Shown in pieces: positions 1-10,151 of a stretch of DNA of 64,000 nucleotides (position 1 is its first letter; every line of letters starts with the position of its first letter). Below the pieces are notes generated by a model. The model saw only the letters and a program-made list of their open reading frames with translations. It had not been told where the DNA came from and ran no database searches. Where the stretch lies: positions 512,001-576,000 of the forward strand of contig OZ244065.1 in assembly GCA_965215505.1 (NCBI GenBank). Direction: 5' to 3'. A program made the translations under genes and the position numbers. This stretch comes from Capsulimonadaceae bacterium. GTDB lineage: Bacteria > Armatimonadota > Armatimonadia > Armatimonadales > Capsulimonadaceae.

Positions 1-1778
1 ATCCGGCCGGTCAGTTTGTCCACTTTGATCTTGCCGCGCTTGACTTTCATCTGGGCGGTGACATCCGACCCCAGGGCCGGGGCCTTAACGCCGTAGACCA
101 GGATGCCTCCCCCAGTCGCCACATAGACGCGCCCGTTGGTGATGGTGGGCGTGTTGAACTTCATGAAGTTCCGGTAAACGGTGCCGCCGATGGTCGGGGC
201 GGTGTCGCCGCTGTTGTACAACTCGGCCAGCGTCGAGGCATCGTAGGCGTGCAGGCGCAGGTGCCCCGGATCGGCGTGGTCCTGCATGTTCGAGCCGGTG
301 GGGTAATACGACTCGGTCACCCACACGATGCCGTTGCCGGAGCCGTCGGCGGAGATGCTCGGGGTCGCTCCAGGAAATCCGAACCGCTGCGAGGTGTTCG
401 CGACGGCCTGCGACTCCTCCAGGTGCCCGTTCGCGATCGGGACGCGCTTGAGGTACTCGCCCGACCGCAAATAGTAGACCGCGCCGTTGAAGTACGCGGG
501 GACGCTGTAAAGGCCGTACCAGTGCTTGCTGGTATTCCCGTCGCCGTCCGCGGGCACTTCGATCTCCTGCACGACGTTGTTCCGGGCGGGATCAAAGCCG
601 CCGGGCGCGTCGCGGTCCACGAGGGAGAGCATCCCGACCTTGCCGCCCGAAAACATCAGGTGGCGGTGTTGGGTGTTCCCGGCCGAGTCCGGCAGGAGCA
701 GCATCCCGCTCGTGCCCAGATCGGCATCGCCCCGGTCCAGCCCGACGTGGTTGAACGGGCAGAAATAGCCCGTGACCTTGAGCGTGTCGCCGTCGAGTTT
801 AAGGAAGGACTCCCCCCAGTTGCCGGTCGGCGGGTCGAAGACTCCGTTGCCCGTACTCACATAGACGTTCCCGGCCGAGTCCACCGACGGCGAGCCGCCG
901 CTCTGCCAGATGCCCGCGCCGTACTGGGAGACGCTCGGCGAGTCGTTCAGCATGCCCCGCACGGCCCCCGTCCGGGCGTCATAAGCGATCACCCAGCCGT
1001 GGTAAGGACCCTGGTCCCGGTAGGAGGCCCACGCCACATAGACCTTGCCCCTGCTAAGCGTCAGCCCGCACCGCTGGTTTTCCAGGTCCGGGCGGAACGA
1101 GATCGGCCCGGTCTCGGGCCGACCCTCCGTGCCCTGGGAGGTCGCCTTGATCTCGACCGGGAAGCCGGGCGCGAATTTGTCCGCACCGGTCGCACAGTCG
1201 AGCGCGTGGAGGCGCTGGTGGAAGTCGGCAGGCGTCGCCCCGCCGCCGTCCATCGTCAGGACGACGACATACAGCGTTCCGGTCGCCGGGTCAAGGACGG
1301 GGGTGCCGGTGATGCCGATCTCCGGCTGCAAGTCGGAATTGCCGCGGAACGGCCGATGCGTCTCCCCGTCCACGAAGTCCGTTCGCTTCCAGAGCGTCGC
1401 CCCGGTGTCGGCGTCAAAGGCGTAGACGCTGTCATGCTCGGTGGCGACATACAGGACGTTGCGCCGCTTCCCGCCGGGCAGCGGCAGGCCGGCCAGGTAC
1501 AAAGGCTGTGCGTAGATCTCGGTGCCGCTCAGGTTGTGCGGGATGTTCGGCCCGACGCTTGCGTCCACGGGAATCTGGAACAGCAGGCCGAATCGCCCGG
1601 AGCGCAGGAGCGCAGGAGTCAGTGCCGTTTCTTGCAGGTTCTGGCCGGTGTTGGCTAAGTCGTTGTGCGATTTTAGAACGTCGGCAGTCTGAGCCTGCGC
1701 CGGGCGGGCGATGAGGGCCATTGCCGCTGCAAGGCCGAACCCCAAAATGGTCAGCGTCTTGTTCCCCTTGTGAAACAT
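1..1778 (-). CDS. Secreted PQQ-binding-like beta-propeller protein (3' end runs off the window; absent from the ORF track)
   Basis: Manual translation from ATG 1778: signal peptide MFHKGNKTLTILGFGLAAAMALIARPAQA, then HNDLANTGQNLQETALTP, IYAQPLY, VYVATEHDSVYAFDA-like, GITGTPVLD, YHGWVIAYD, GIWQSG and KFNTPTITNGRVYVA motifs typical of this family. The frame is still open at position 3. Confidence 0.85.
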   Translation of the reverse strand, partial: MFHKGNKTLTILGFGLAAAMALIARPAQAQTADVLKSHNDLANTGQNLQETALTPALLRSGRFGLLFQIPVDASVGPNIPHNLSGTEIYAQPLYLAGLPLPGGKRRNVLYVATEHDSVYAFDADTGATLWKRTDFVDGETHRPFRGNSDLQPEIGITGTPVLDPATGTLYVVVLTMDGGGATPADFHQRLHALDCATGADKFAPGFPVEIKATSQGTEGRPETGPISFRPDLENQRCGLTLSRGKVYVAWASYRDQGPYHGWVIAYDARTGAVRGMLNDSPSVSQYGAGIWQSGGSPSVDSAGNVYVSTGNGVFDPPTGNWGESFLKLDGDTLKVTGYFCPFNHVGLDRGDADLGTSGMLLLPDSAGNTQHRHLMFSGGKVGMLSLVDRDAPGGFDPARNNVVQEIEVPADGDGNTSKHWYGLYSVPAYFNGAVYYLRSGEYLKRVPIANGHLEESQAVANTSQRFGFPGATPSISADGSGNGIVWVTESYYPTGSNMQDHADPGHLRLHAYDASTLAELYNSGDTAPTIGGTVYRNFMKFNTPTITNGRVYVATGGGILVYGVKAPALGSDVTAQMKVKRGKIKVDKLTGR

Positions 1779-1828
1779 GCGGTCTCTTTCTAAAAATCCT
1801 TTGTTGCCGTCGAACGCGCTTGTTCGGG

Positions 1829-4102
1829 TTACTTGGTGAATTCGAGATTTACGGTGTGCAGACTTCGGGGCAGCCGCACCGGGCCGGTCTGCCGCTTGCC
1901 GTTTACAAGGACTTTCGTCCATCCGGGACGGACGGTGACGGTGAAGTGCGTCCCCGCCAGTTCCACATCATTCAGCGCGAAGCGGACCGTCTTGAAGGGC
2001 TTCAGATAAAAGTTTTGGGCGTCCATTTTGAGGCCCAGGATGCACCGGAGATACTCCCAGCCCGACTTGTAGCGCGGGTACGGCGGGAAGCGGGGCGTGT
2101 CCTTGTTCGGCTCTTCGGGCAGGGTGCGGCTCAGGCCGTCGGGGCCGACGGACTTATTCCACTCCCCGACGAACAGGTGGTTGTCGTGCAGGCTGGACTC
2201 CAGCGAGTTGAAGACGTCCAGCGACCTTGCCTCATCCCCGGTGTCCGCCAGCAGTGAGGCCAGCGCCTCTTGCGGCCCGAACCAGCAGGTGCGGGAGTGA
2301 TAGCCGGCCTGCATTTCAGGCTTGTGGCCGGGCCGCATGCCGTTGGCCCAGCCGCGAAACGCCTTCTGCGGATCGTCCACGAGGTTGTTCGTGTAGACAG
2401 TCAGCAGCGCGGCGCGCACCTTTTCCGGAGGCAGCACGCTCTCGGCCTTCGGATCGAGGAGGGAGAGCCACTTGCCGAAGAGCTGGTCGGAGAACGTGTC
2501 CTGCCCGTCCGTGCGGCTGAGTGCGGCGGCATCCTCGGCACGGTCGGCGGGAACGAAGAAGGTGTTCCAATACTGCCCGTCCTTGTTCCAGAGCAGTGTG
2601 TCCAGGCTCTGACGCGCATCGGAAAACATCTCCTCCGTGGGCAGGCCGCCGACGGTGCCGGGCTGGCGCAGCGTTTGTGACATCCGCCCGAGGCTGTAAA
2701 GCCCATAGACCCACATCACGCTGACGTAGGAGTTGACGCCGGGCATCTTCCAGATGTCATACGACTGGTTGCCGACGCGGTTGTGGAGCAGGTAGCGATA
2801 GTTGTCCGCCTGGTAGACGTGGTTGGCGGCCAGGGCGGCGAGCGGGTATCCTTTCGCCGTCCAGCCTGGGTCGTTGAACCAGAGGGAGTCGCGGTAGACG
2901 CGGCCGATGAAGGTCGGTTCCTCGGCATAATCTGAGCTGTCGTTCCACAAAGAGTGCCAGACCAGGCCGGCATCCTTGCCGTCCTTGGGGATGCTCTGGT
3001 AGTACTGGTCCATGTCCATCCGCTCGATCTCCGGCCAGTTGACCAGATACAGCCAGTTGTGGTAGACGCTGACGTCCATGGTGTTGACCCAGCCGTGGGG
3101 GACCTCTTGTTCGAAGAAGTAGGAGTCGTCGGTCAGGATCGTGGAGGTGCAGACGGAGCAGAGCGCCGAAAACCAGAGCCGCTTGAACGCGGGCGGGACG
3201 TCATAAGCGTTATGCCACCGGTCAATGGCGGTGGACCACCGGACGGCGGACCTCGCCGCGAGATCAATGACCTGTCCCGCGTTCTGGAACCGCTTGGTGT
3301 AGTACCTCCGGTATGTCTGGCGTGCCGCCGAGGAAGTGGTCCGGACGGCGGGATAATCCCAGGCGATGTAGAAGCGGACCGTCTGGTGTTCCCCAGGCGC
3401 GAGGCTGAGGGACATGCCCGCGCCGTGCGTGTCGGCGACGCCGTGGCCGCAGGCAAAGGCCGTTTCCCCGCCGGGTTCCACGAGTACCGCCCTGTTGGCC
3501 CGCACCACCAGAGGGTCACGGTGCAGCAGCGCGAGTTTGAAGGACCGCGTCTCCTTCGCTTTGTTCTGGATGGTGACGTCGAACACCTGCACCGGGAGGG
3601 TGGAATCGGCCAGGTCGTGGGGCACCAGGGGCGAAAAAGCGGTCATCACGAGGCCGAGGTTCGAGTCCGCCTTTTGAAAGACGAAATGCGCTTTGGGCAG
3701 GTCCGCGTAAGCCTGCACTCTGTCAACCGGCCGGGCATCCGGCAGCCAGTCCACGGGCGTCTCCTGGAGTACCATGCTCTTGCCGCCCTCCGTGAGCTGG
3801 AAGGCGTAGGAGGGCTTCTCCGTCGGCGGCCGGTCAATCCGCCAGTCGCGGCTGTTCAGGGGCCGGCCATCAAAGTAAACATCCACAAAGCCGTACTTGC
3901 CGAACACCGAGAAGCCGGTGCCGATGCCGCCGAGGGGGATGCCGAGGCCGTGACTGACGTCCACCATCTCCGGCGAGGGGGCGGCAAAGACTGGTGCCTC
4001 CCTGCCCGCCGCCGCGACCGGCCGGGTGGCGACGCTTACGGTTAAGAAGAGGCTTAGTATCCCCAGGAGGGATGACTTCCAGAGGTCCTGTGGTTTTATC
4101 AT
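1829..4102 (-). CDS. Secreted GH116-like glycoside hydrolase
   Basis: GIPLGGIGTG N-terminal motif; EQEVPHGWVNTMDV and NQSYDIW resemble the GH116 nucleophile and acid/base regions. Start moved to MIKPQ (4102), which gives a signal peptide and removes the overlap with the upstream gene. Confidence 0.75.
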   Translation of the reverse strand: MIKPQDLWKSSLLGILSLFLTVSVATRPVAAAGREAPVFAAPSPEMVDVSHGLGIPLGGIGTGFSVFGKYGFVDVYFDGRPLNSRDWRIDRPPTEKPSYAFQLTEGGKSMVLQETPVDWLPDARPVDRVQAYADLPKAHFVFQKADSNLGLVMTAFSPLVPHDLADSTLPVQVFDVTIQNKAKETRSFKLALLHRDPLVVRANRAVLVEPGGETAFACGHGVADTHGAGMSLSLAPGEHQTVRFYIAWDYPAVRTTSSAARQTYRRYYTKRFQNAGQVIDLAARSAVRWSTAIDRWHNAYDVPPAFKRLWFSALCSVCTSTILTDDSYFFEQEVPHGWVNTMDVSVYHNWLYLVNWPEIERMDMDQYYQSIPKDGKDAGLVWHSLWNDSSDYAEEPTFIGRVYRDSLWFNDPGWTAKGYPLAALAANHVYQADNYRYLLHNRVGNQSYDIWKMPGVNSYVSVMWVYGLYSLGRMSQTLRQPGTVGGLPTEEMFSDARQSLDTLLWNKDGQYWNTFFVPADRAEDAAALSRTDGQDTFSDQLFGKWLSLLDPKAESVLPPEKVRAALLTVYTNNLVDDPQKAFRGWANGMRPGHKPEMQAGYHSRTCWFGPQEALASLLADTGDEARSLDVFNSLESSLHDNHLFVGEWNKSVGPDGLSRTLPEEPNKDTPRFPPYPRYKSGWEYLRCILGLKMDAQNFYLKPFKTVRFALNDVELAGTHFTVTVRPGWTKVLVNGKRQTGPVRLPRSLHTVNLEFTK

Positions 4103-4115
4103 AGTGGAGCTTTCA

Positions 4116-5219
4116 TCAGTGTTCCGATTCGCCGGGGTTTTCGGGGATGCCGGGGTCGTCCAGGATCTGCACGGCGGTTGCGGAACCGAGGTCCTTCCAA
4201 TCCTGCAAGACCCAGACGACCTTCTTGTCCGGGGTGACTTCAATGAGCTGGGGGCCTTTGCCGTTGTCGCCGCGGGACGTGAAGATCGTGTTGCCGTTGG
4301 CAAGACGGGTGCAGGATTGCGGCGCGGAGCTGAACTGGTATTCCGCCGGCAGGTCTTTCCTGGTGTTGCATTCCCAGACGGTCTCCCCCTTGGGGCTGAC
4401 CTCGCGCGTCAGGCTGTCCGCTTCGTCGGTGATCAGCGTGTTGCCGTTCTTGAGGCGGATGGCGGCCCACGGCGACCGGATCTTGTAGTTCCAGATCTCG
4501 TTGAACTTCTTGTCGTATTCTACGACGTAGCCCATCCCGAAGACGGGGACGAGGTAGGTCCCTTGGGCGGTGACGCGCGCGCGCCGGAACTCCCCGTGGA
4601 TGCCGTTGGGGCTGGGCGGCTGGGTGAACGGGAGGGCGTGTTCGACCTCGACCGCGCCCGTCTTGATGTTGACGACCATCAGCTTGGTCGGCAGGCCGTT
4701 CAGGACGAACATCACGCGGTCCAGCCCGATGGGCTGGCAGGTGTGGACCTCCGTGTGGGCGACGCCCGGCGCTTTGCTGCAATCGTAGCGCCACACCACT
4801 TTTTTGTTCGGCGTGATCTCGGCGACGTATTCCATGCGGCTGAACAGGATGTTGCCATTGGAAAGCATCCAGACGTCGTCATACTCGTAGCTGGTGCCGG
4901 TGGAATAGGTCCAGATCACCTTGCCCTTGTCGGTGAGATACATTTTGTCATAGTTCTCACCGACGTAGAGCATCGAGTGCTGCGCCAGGCCCTTGCCGGG
5001 CAGGCCGGCGGGCGTGACCCCGTTCGTCCAACTTCCGACGGGCGAGGGCGTTTCATCCGGTCCCATCGCGGGCACGTCCGGGGCGGTGAAGCGGCCGAGG
5101 ACATCCAGGCACGGCGTCGCCGGGGCCGGCTTGGGGGCGGCCCCGGTGGGGCCGCCGAGCAACACCGCCAGGCCGATAACCGAAAAGGCTGCCCGCAGCG
5201 CGCGGCGTTCTGGTTTCAT
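4116..5219 (-). CDS. Secreted beta-propeller repeat protein (PQQ/arylsulfotransferase-like repeats)
   Basis: Repeated (R/M)LxNGN(T/I)(L/I) ... E(V/I)xPxxxxVW blades; signal peptide from MKPERR. Confidence 0.75.
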   Translation of the reverse strand: MKPERRALRAAFSVIGLAVLLGGPTGAAPKPAPATPCLDVLGRFTAPDVPAMGPDETPSPVGSWTNGVTPAGLPGKGLAQHSMLYVGENYDKMYLTDKGKVIWTYSTGTSYEYDDVWMLSNGNILFSRMEYVAEITPNKKVVWRYDCSKAPGVAHTEVHTCQPIGLDRVMFVLNGLPTKLMVVNIKTGAVEVEHALPFTQPPSPNGIHGEFRRARVTAQGTYLVPVFGMGYVVEYDKKFNEIWNYKIRSPWAAIRLKNGNTLITDEADSLTREVSPKGETVWECNTRKDLPAEYQFSSAPQSCTRLANGNTIFTSRGDNGKGPQLIEVTPDKKVVWVLQDWKDLGSATAVQILDDPGIPENPGESEH

Positions 5220-5245
5220 GTTTCCACACCTTATCCTCCCACACC

Positions 5246-8200
5246 TCACCGGCGGCTGGATGCGGCCTGACCGGGAACATCAAAGGCGCGCAAGGTGAAG
5301 GAGCCGGAGAGGGGCTTCCCTTTGACGGCATGGATGGCGTGATCCTCCACCCAACTGCCGCTGAGGCCGTGCGGCCCGGCTACTTCGCGGCTGGCGAACA
5401 GAGTCGTGCCGGAAGCGGTCACTCCGCCCCGGCCGACTAGGGGAGCGTCGGCCGGCAGCAGCGCGAGGCCCGCCCCGCTGCCGTCCGAGAGCGTGAGCCA
5501 GTGCAGGCCGCGTTTGGAGGCCCGGAACAGGGTGTCGCCGCCCCGAGCCGTTCCCGACGGCTCGCCTACATGGCCGGCGGGGTAGTCGGTGAAAAATGAG
5601 TCGCGCTGCCAGGCCATCCGGGTCAGGCCGGCGGGCACCGAGAACGTGAGTCCTTCTTCCCACAGGCTGGTGTCAGGCGCGGCCCAGTTCAGAGTCCAGG
5701 CCACCGTGATCTCCGCATCAGGCTTGATGTCGTAAGTCGAGGCCAGTGTGCCGAGCGCGGACCCGCCCGCGCCTGAGAGAACGGTGCTGCTCACGGCGAC
5801 GTGCATCACGCCGTCCGCCCCCTGCACCGCGGACACTTGGGCGTCGGTCGTGACCGGCGGCTGCTTGGCACGGTACATCCCCCGTTCGCTGTCGGCCTTC
5901 GCCTCCCCCAGATTCAGTGTCGGCCCGCCCAGGAGCATGTTCCGGCCATTGACGCGCCAGGACGAGATGGTCCCGGTGTGCTTGTCGAACGCGATCCGCT
6001 GGATGGAGTTGCTGACCGAGAGAGTGTCCGGGCCTTCCTGGGCGGTCACGGTGCCGCCTGACGCTTGTGCAGCAGGCGGGAGGGGAAGGGGAGTACCCTC
6101 CACGGCGAGATTGAACGCGACCACGGGGGTGCCGTCCGGATGGCTGAATTCCAGCCGCAGGGCGGTCATGCCGGCGGGAGCCGGGAACGAGGCCGCCGTG
6201 GACTGCATCGGCCCGCAGGGGACGATCTCGAGGCCGCTCCGCAGCCGGGCGCCCCCGCGCATCGCGGTCCAGCGGCAGGTCAGCTCGCTCAGGTCTGTGA
6301 ACGAGTAGTGGTTGGTCAACGGCACGGCGCAGGTCCCATTCGCGGGGCTGACGGTGCGCGTGCCGACGACGACCGGGCTGTAGACGCTCTTGACGATCCA
6401 CCATTCGGGCTTGGGAACACGATAGGCGGACACAATGCCCTTGTTGTTCTCCTGGCGCATGTGGTCCGGGCCGTAGTAGAAGTCGGTCGTCGTGTCCTCG
6501 TTCTTGTCCGCGATCCCCTGGCTCTGCCACTCCCAGATGAATGAGCCGAGGATGTTCGGGGCCTGCCACAGCTTGTCCCACGTCCTGATGAGCGGCTCGG
6601 ACCACAGATCCGACGCGCCGGGGTCGTAGTCCTGGACCTCCTTCTCGTAGAACGTGTGCGGATGCTCCGTCAGGTTCGTGCCCCACCGCGTGTCCCGCGC
6701 GTACCGGTCTATCGAGTCCGGGCCGGGGTAGTGGTCGTCCTTCCACAACTGGCCCTTGACGCTGTCCGGGTCCTGCCCGGAGACGAAGGCCGGCCGGGTC
6801 GGGTCGGCGGCACGGACCAGGTCCATGACCATCTGGGAGTCGATCCCGTTGGGGTTCTCGTTGCCCAGGCTCCAGGCCAGGACGCAAGGCCGGTTCTTGT
6901 CCCGCGCCACCGTCTCCTGCCCGCGCTGGAGCAGGTAAGGGGCGTACTTCGGGTCCTTGACCTGGTCGTTGATCCAGCAGTAGGGCACTTCGTCGAGGAT
7001 GTACATGCCCTTCTCGTCGCACAGCTCCAGGAACCGCTGGGCATGGTTGTAGTGGCTGGTCCGGACCGCATTTATGTTGGCGGCCTTCATGAGCGTGAGG
7101 TCTTTGACCCAGTTCGCCTCGGTCAGCGCGAAGCCCTTGTCCGCCCAGAAGTCGTGCCGGCAAATGCCCGTACATTTAATGGGCATCCCGTTCCACAGGA
7201 CGACGTTGTTCCTGACCTCGATCTGCTTGAATCCGAAGCGCTGCTCGACGCGCTCCACGGCCTTGCCGCCGCTGGACATCTGGAAGACGACGTAGTAGAG
7301 GTTCGGCTTCTCCGCCGACCAGAGGGCGGGCGCTTTCACCGGGGCGCTCATCGCGACCTGCACGGCCCCGTCCGCCCCGATGCGGCCTTGGCCTGCCAGC
7401 GTCACGGAAGTCGGCCGGCCGTCGCCGCGCATCAGCCTCCCCGCGACGACCACGGCCTGGCCTGGCGCTCCTGTGATACTCAACCGGGTGGAAAGCGTCG
7501 CATCTTTGTCGTTCGCGGCCAGCGGCGTCCGCACCGTGATGTCGCTGATGTGGGTCTGCGGAACGGCGATGAGCGAGGTGTCACGGTAGATGCCCCCCAT
7601 CGCCTGGAAGTCGCCGGTTTCGCAGTCGTCTGAGGGGGTGGTCTTGGAGACGCGCACGGCGAACAGGTTGCGCCTGCCGGGATGGACGAGGCCCGTCAGG
7701 TCAATGTCCCAGGCCGTGTAGCCGCTCTCGTGGTAGCCGGCCTTCTGCCCGTTGATGAACACTTCCGCTCCGTCGAGCGCCCCGTCGAAGTGCCAGTAGA
7801 CGCGCCTGCCGGTCCACGAGGCGGGGACCGTGACGTAGCGCCGGTACAGGCCGACGGTGTTGTCCACCTTGTCGTAGGTCGGCAGCGAGTAGCCGGCCAT
7901 CTCCCAATTGGACGGCACCGGCATGTCGTGCCAGCTCGAGTCGTTGAAGCCGGGCGCGGCGAAGGCATCCCGAGCCGCCGGCAGGTCCGTACCGAGGGGC
8001 TTCGGGGCGGGCGGCTGCCAGGCGGCCTCCTTGCCGTTTTCGGTGGTCCGAATCTGGAACTCCCGCAGCGAAGCCCAGTGTGTGCTGGAGGTCCCGGTCA
8101 CGGTGATGCGGACATAGCGGACGTCGGCGGGAGTCAGCGTGATCGGGCCGTCGGCGACCCCCGGCGCGGCGGTCGCGTCCGCCAGGGTCTTCCACTCGCC

Positions 8201-8668
8201 GCCCTTCAGCCTGCCCTCGATCTTGCACTGATAGCGGTCCCCGGCGTTCTCCCAGGCGAGGGTCGCGCCGGAGACGTGCCGCGTCCCCCCGAGGTCCGCC
8301 TGAAGCCACTGCGGGAAGTCGGCGCTGGTGGCGCACCAGCGAGTGTCGGGGACACCATCGAAAGCGTTCTCGGGCGGGTTCTCGGTCTGGCTGGTGGAGG
8401 CCGTCAGCCCGGTGTTGACGGGCGCGGACGGTTGGAACTGCCGCGCCTTGGTGATCTGCCCGTAGGACAGCCGGAACCGCCAGGTGCCGGTCATCGGCAG
8501 GTTCCACGGGTTATGGGCGCGGAGCCGGTCCGGCGGCATCGGCGCCGCCGCCGGCAGCGGCAGAGGGAGCGACGCGGGAGAAACGCGCCCGACATCCTGC
8601 CCGAAGGCTGGGGACGTAAAAGCAGGGAGGAGTATCGGCAGGAGGAACGAAAAATGTCGTCGTTTCAT
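5246..8668 (-). CDS. GH2 beta-galactosidase-like enzyme with an F5/8 type C (discoidin/CBM32) insert
   Basis: AVRTSHY and WSLGNE GH2 motifs; NAFDGVPDTRW...QWLQADLG...RYVRI discoidin domain; signal peptide. Confidence 0.9.
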   Translation of the reverse strand: MKRRHFSFLLPILLPAFTSPAFGQDVGRVSPASLPLPLPAAAPMPPDRLRAHNPWNLPMTGTWRFRLSYGQITKARQFQPSAPVNTGLTASTSQTENPPENAFDGVPDTRWCATSADFPQWLQADLGGTRHVSGATLAWENAGDRYQCKIEGRLKGGEWKTLADATAAPGVADGPITLTPADVRYVRITVTGTSSTHWASLREFQIRTTENGKEAAWQPPAPKPLGTDLPAARDAFAAPGFNDSSWHDMPVPSNWEMAGYSLPTYDKVDNTVGLYRRYVTVPASWTGRRVYWHFDGALDGAEVFINGQKAGYHESGYTAWDIDLTGLVHPGRRNLFAVRVSKTTPSDDCETGDFQAMGGIYRDTSLIAVPQTHISDITVRTPLAANDKDATLSTRLSITGAPGQAVVVAGRLMRGDGRPTSVTLAGQGRIGADGAVQVAMSAPVKAPALWSAEKPNLYYVVFQMSSGGKAVERVEQRFGFKQIEVRNNVVLWNGMPIKCTGICRHDFWADKGFALTEANWVKDLTLMKAANINAVRTSHYNHAQRFLELCDEKGMYILDEVPYCWINDQVKDPKYAPYLLQRGQETVARDKNRPCVLAWSLGNENPNGIDSQMVMDLVRAADPTRPAFVSGQDPDSVKGQLWKDDHYPGPDSIDRYARDTRWGTNLTEHPHTFYEKEVQDYDPGASDLWSEPLIRTWDKLWQAPNILGSFIWEWQSQGIADKNEDTTTDFYYGPDHMRQENNKGIVSAYRVPKPEWWIVKSVYSPVVVGTRTVSPANGTCAVPLTNHYSFTDLSELTCRWTAMRGGARLRSGLEIVPCGPMQSTAASFPAPAGMTALRLEFSHPDGTPVVAFNLAVEGTPLPLPPAAQASGGTVTAQEGPDTLSVSNSIQRIAFDKHTGTISSWRVNGRNMLLGGPTLNLGEAKADSERGMYRAKQPPVTTDAQVSAVQGADGVMHVAVSSTVLSGAGGSALGTLASTYDIKPDAEITVAWTLNWAAPDTSLWEEGLTFSVPAGLTRMAWQRDSFFTDYPAGHVGEPSGTARGGDTLFRASKRGLHWLTLSDGSGAGLALLPADAPLVGRGGVTASGTTLFASREVAGPHGLSGSWVEDHAIHAVKGKPLSGSFTLRAFDVPGQAASSRR

Positions 8669-8891
8669 GAGTGCCTTTCGTACCGTTCGCGGGGCTACCG
8701 ACGTTGAATCGGCCCCGATGTTATTGCCATATAACCACTCTCACGAACGGCGTGAGTTCCGAAGCGCCGCAGCGGCCATGAGCGCCATGATACCACACTA
8801 TCCCCAAAATAGTACCAAACATGAACGGGTCGGTCTTAGGAACATAAATGGAGCATGAAACGAATGGGAAACCGGAAGTTCGGGAGTGGAC

Positions 8892-10073
8892 TCAGGCTTT
8901 TGGGACATTCATTGTCGCAGGCGCGGCGCTGCTCTCACGCGCCACCAGGCGCGCAGGCAGTTCAACCTCCGTCACAGGGGCGGACGGATCTCTCATACGG
9001 CGCAGGAGCAAATCCACAGCCCTCCGGCCGATCTCCTCGAAGGGCTGTGCGATCGTGGTCAGGCCGAGGCCGCCGGGCAGGGTGGGGATGATGTTGTCGA
9101 AGCCCGCGAGCGCGACATCTCCGGGGACCGTCAGGCCCAGGTTCTGGAGGCGGTCCAGGAGAGAGACGGCGGCGTAGTCGTTGAAGACGACGGCCGCCGT
9201 CGGCCTCTCGTCCGCAGGCAGGCGGAACATCGTGTCAACAACGGTCCAGGGGTCCGACCGGTGCCGGGACGGGATCGTCAGGACGATCTCCGGGATTCCG
9301 GCCTCGCGCACGGCATCCACATACCCCTGCACGCGATCCTGGACCGGACGGATCTGCTCGCACTTTGTGACATAAGCGATACGGCGATGTCCCTGTGCGG
9401 CCAGATGCATGGTCATGTCGAACATCGCCCGGCGATTGTCGATGCCGACGAAATCCGTCTCCAGCGAGGCCGTCCGCCGGTCAATGGTGACGAGCGGGAT
9501 GCGGCGGCTCACCTCTTCGACGAGGTCCCGGTTGCTGCGGTAGGCGTAGGGATAGAAGATGACGCCGCCGAAGCCGCGCTCTAGGGCGTAGCGCAGGTGC
9601 GCGGCCTCGCCCGCCGCATTCTCTTCTTCGCTCCCGATCTGGCCCAACTGGAGGAAGACAGCATGATAGCCGGCTTCGGCGAGCGCCTGATTCATGCCCC
9701 AAAAGATGCGCTGCTGCGACGTCCCGGCGTGTTCCAGAACGCCGTCGCCGGGCCACATGATGAGCGCCACGAAAGCCGAAGACGACAGGGCAGACGCGGG
9801 CAGGCCCACGCTGTTGGGGGCGGCTCCGCTCCGCATCGGCCCGACAATCGGGCGACAGTGCGGGCGGCGGTGGATCAGCCCGTCGTTCACGAGGTCATTG
9901 ATCGCGGTCCGGACCACGCGCCGGTCAACGCCGAGGTCCTCAGCCAGAGTTCGCTCGGTCGGCAGCCAGTCGCCGGCCTGATAGTGTCCAGCGTTGATGC
10001 GCCCACGCAGCAGGTCGGCGACGGCGTCGTTCGGCCGTTTAGTGGATGTCGAGGCCCGTGATGCGGTCGGCAT
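8892..10073 (-). CDS. GntR-HTH / LacI-type sugar-binding transcriptional regulator
   Basis: LPTERTLAEDLGVDRRVVRTA GntR HTH; VPGDVALAGFDN and LTTIAQPFEEIG LacI-type C-terminus. The ATG at 10085 overlaps a TGC-CATAAT -10 box, so 10073 is preferred; start uncertain. Confidence 0.9.
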   Translation of the reverse strand: MPTASRASTSTKRPNDAVADLLRGRINAGHYQAGDWLPTERTLAEDLGVDRRVVRTAINDLVNDGLIHRRPHCRPIVGPMRSGAAPNSVGLPASALSSSAFVALIMWPGDGVLEHAGTSQQRIFWGMNQALAEAGYHAVFLQLGQIGSEEENAAGEAAHLRYALERGFGGVIFYPYAYRSNRDLVEEVSRRIPLVTIDRRTASLETDFVGIDNRRAMFDMTMHLAAQGHRRIAYVTKCEQIRPVQDRVQGYVDAVREAGIPEIVLTIPSRHRSDPWTVVDTMFRLPADERPTAAVVFNDYAAVSLLDRLQNLGLTVPGDVALAGFDNIIPTLPGGLGLTTIAQPFEEIGRRAVDLLLRRMRDPSAPVTEVELPARLVARESSAAPATMNVPKA

Positions 10074-10151
10074 AGTGATTGCCATTATGGCACAATTCAG
10101 ACCCGGATGGGCGATCTCGCCCTTCCCCTGAGCGGGCGACGGGAAACCGGA

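Noticed and set aside
249..1658. 469-aa plus-strand ORF
   Set aside because: It is the antisense shadow of the real minus-strand beta-propeller gene and has no motifs.
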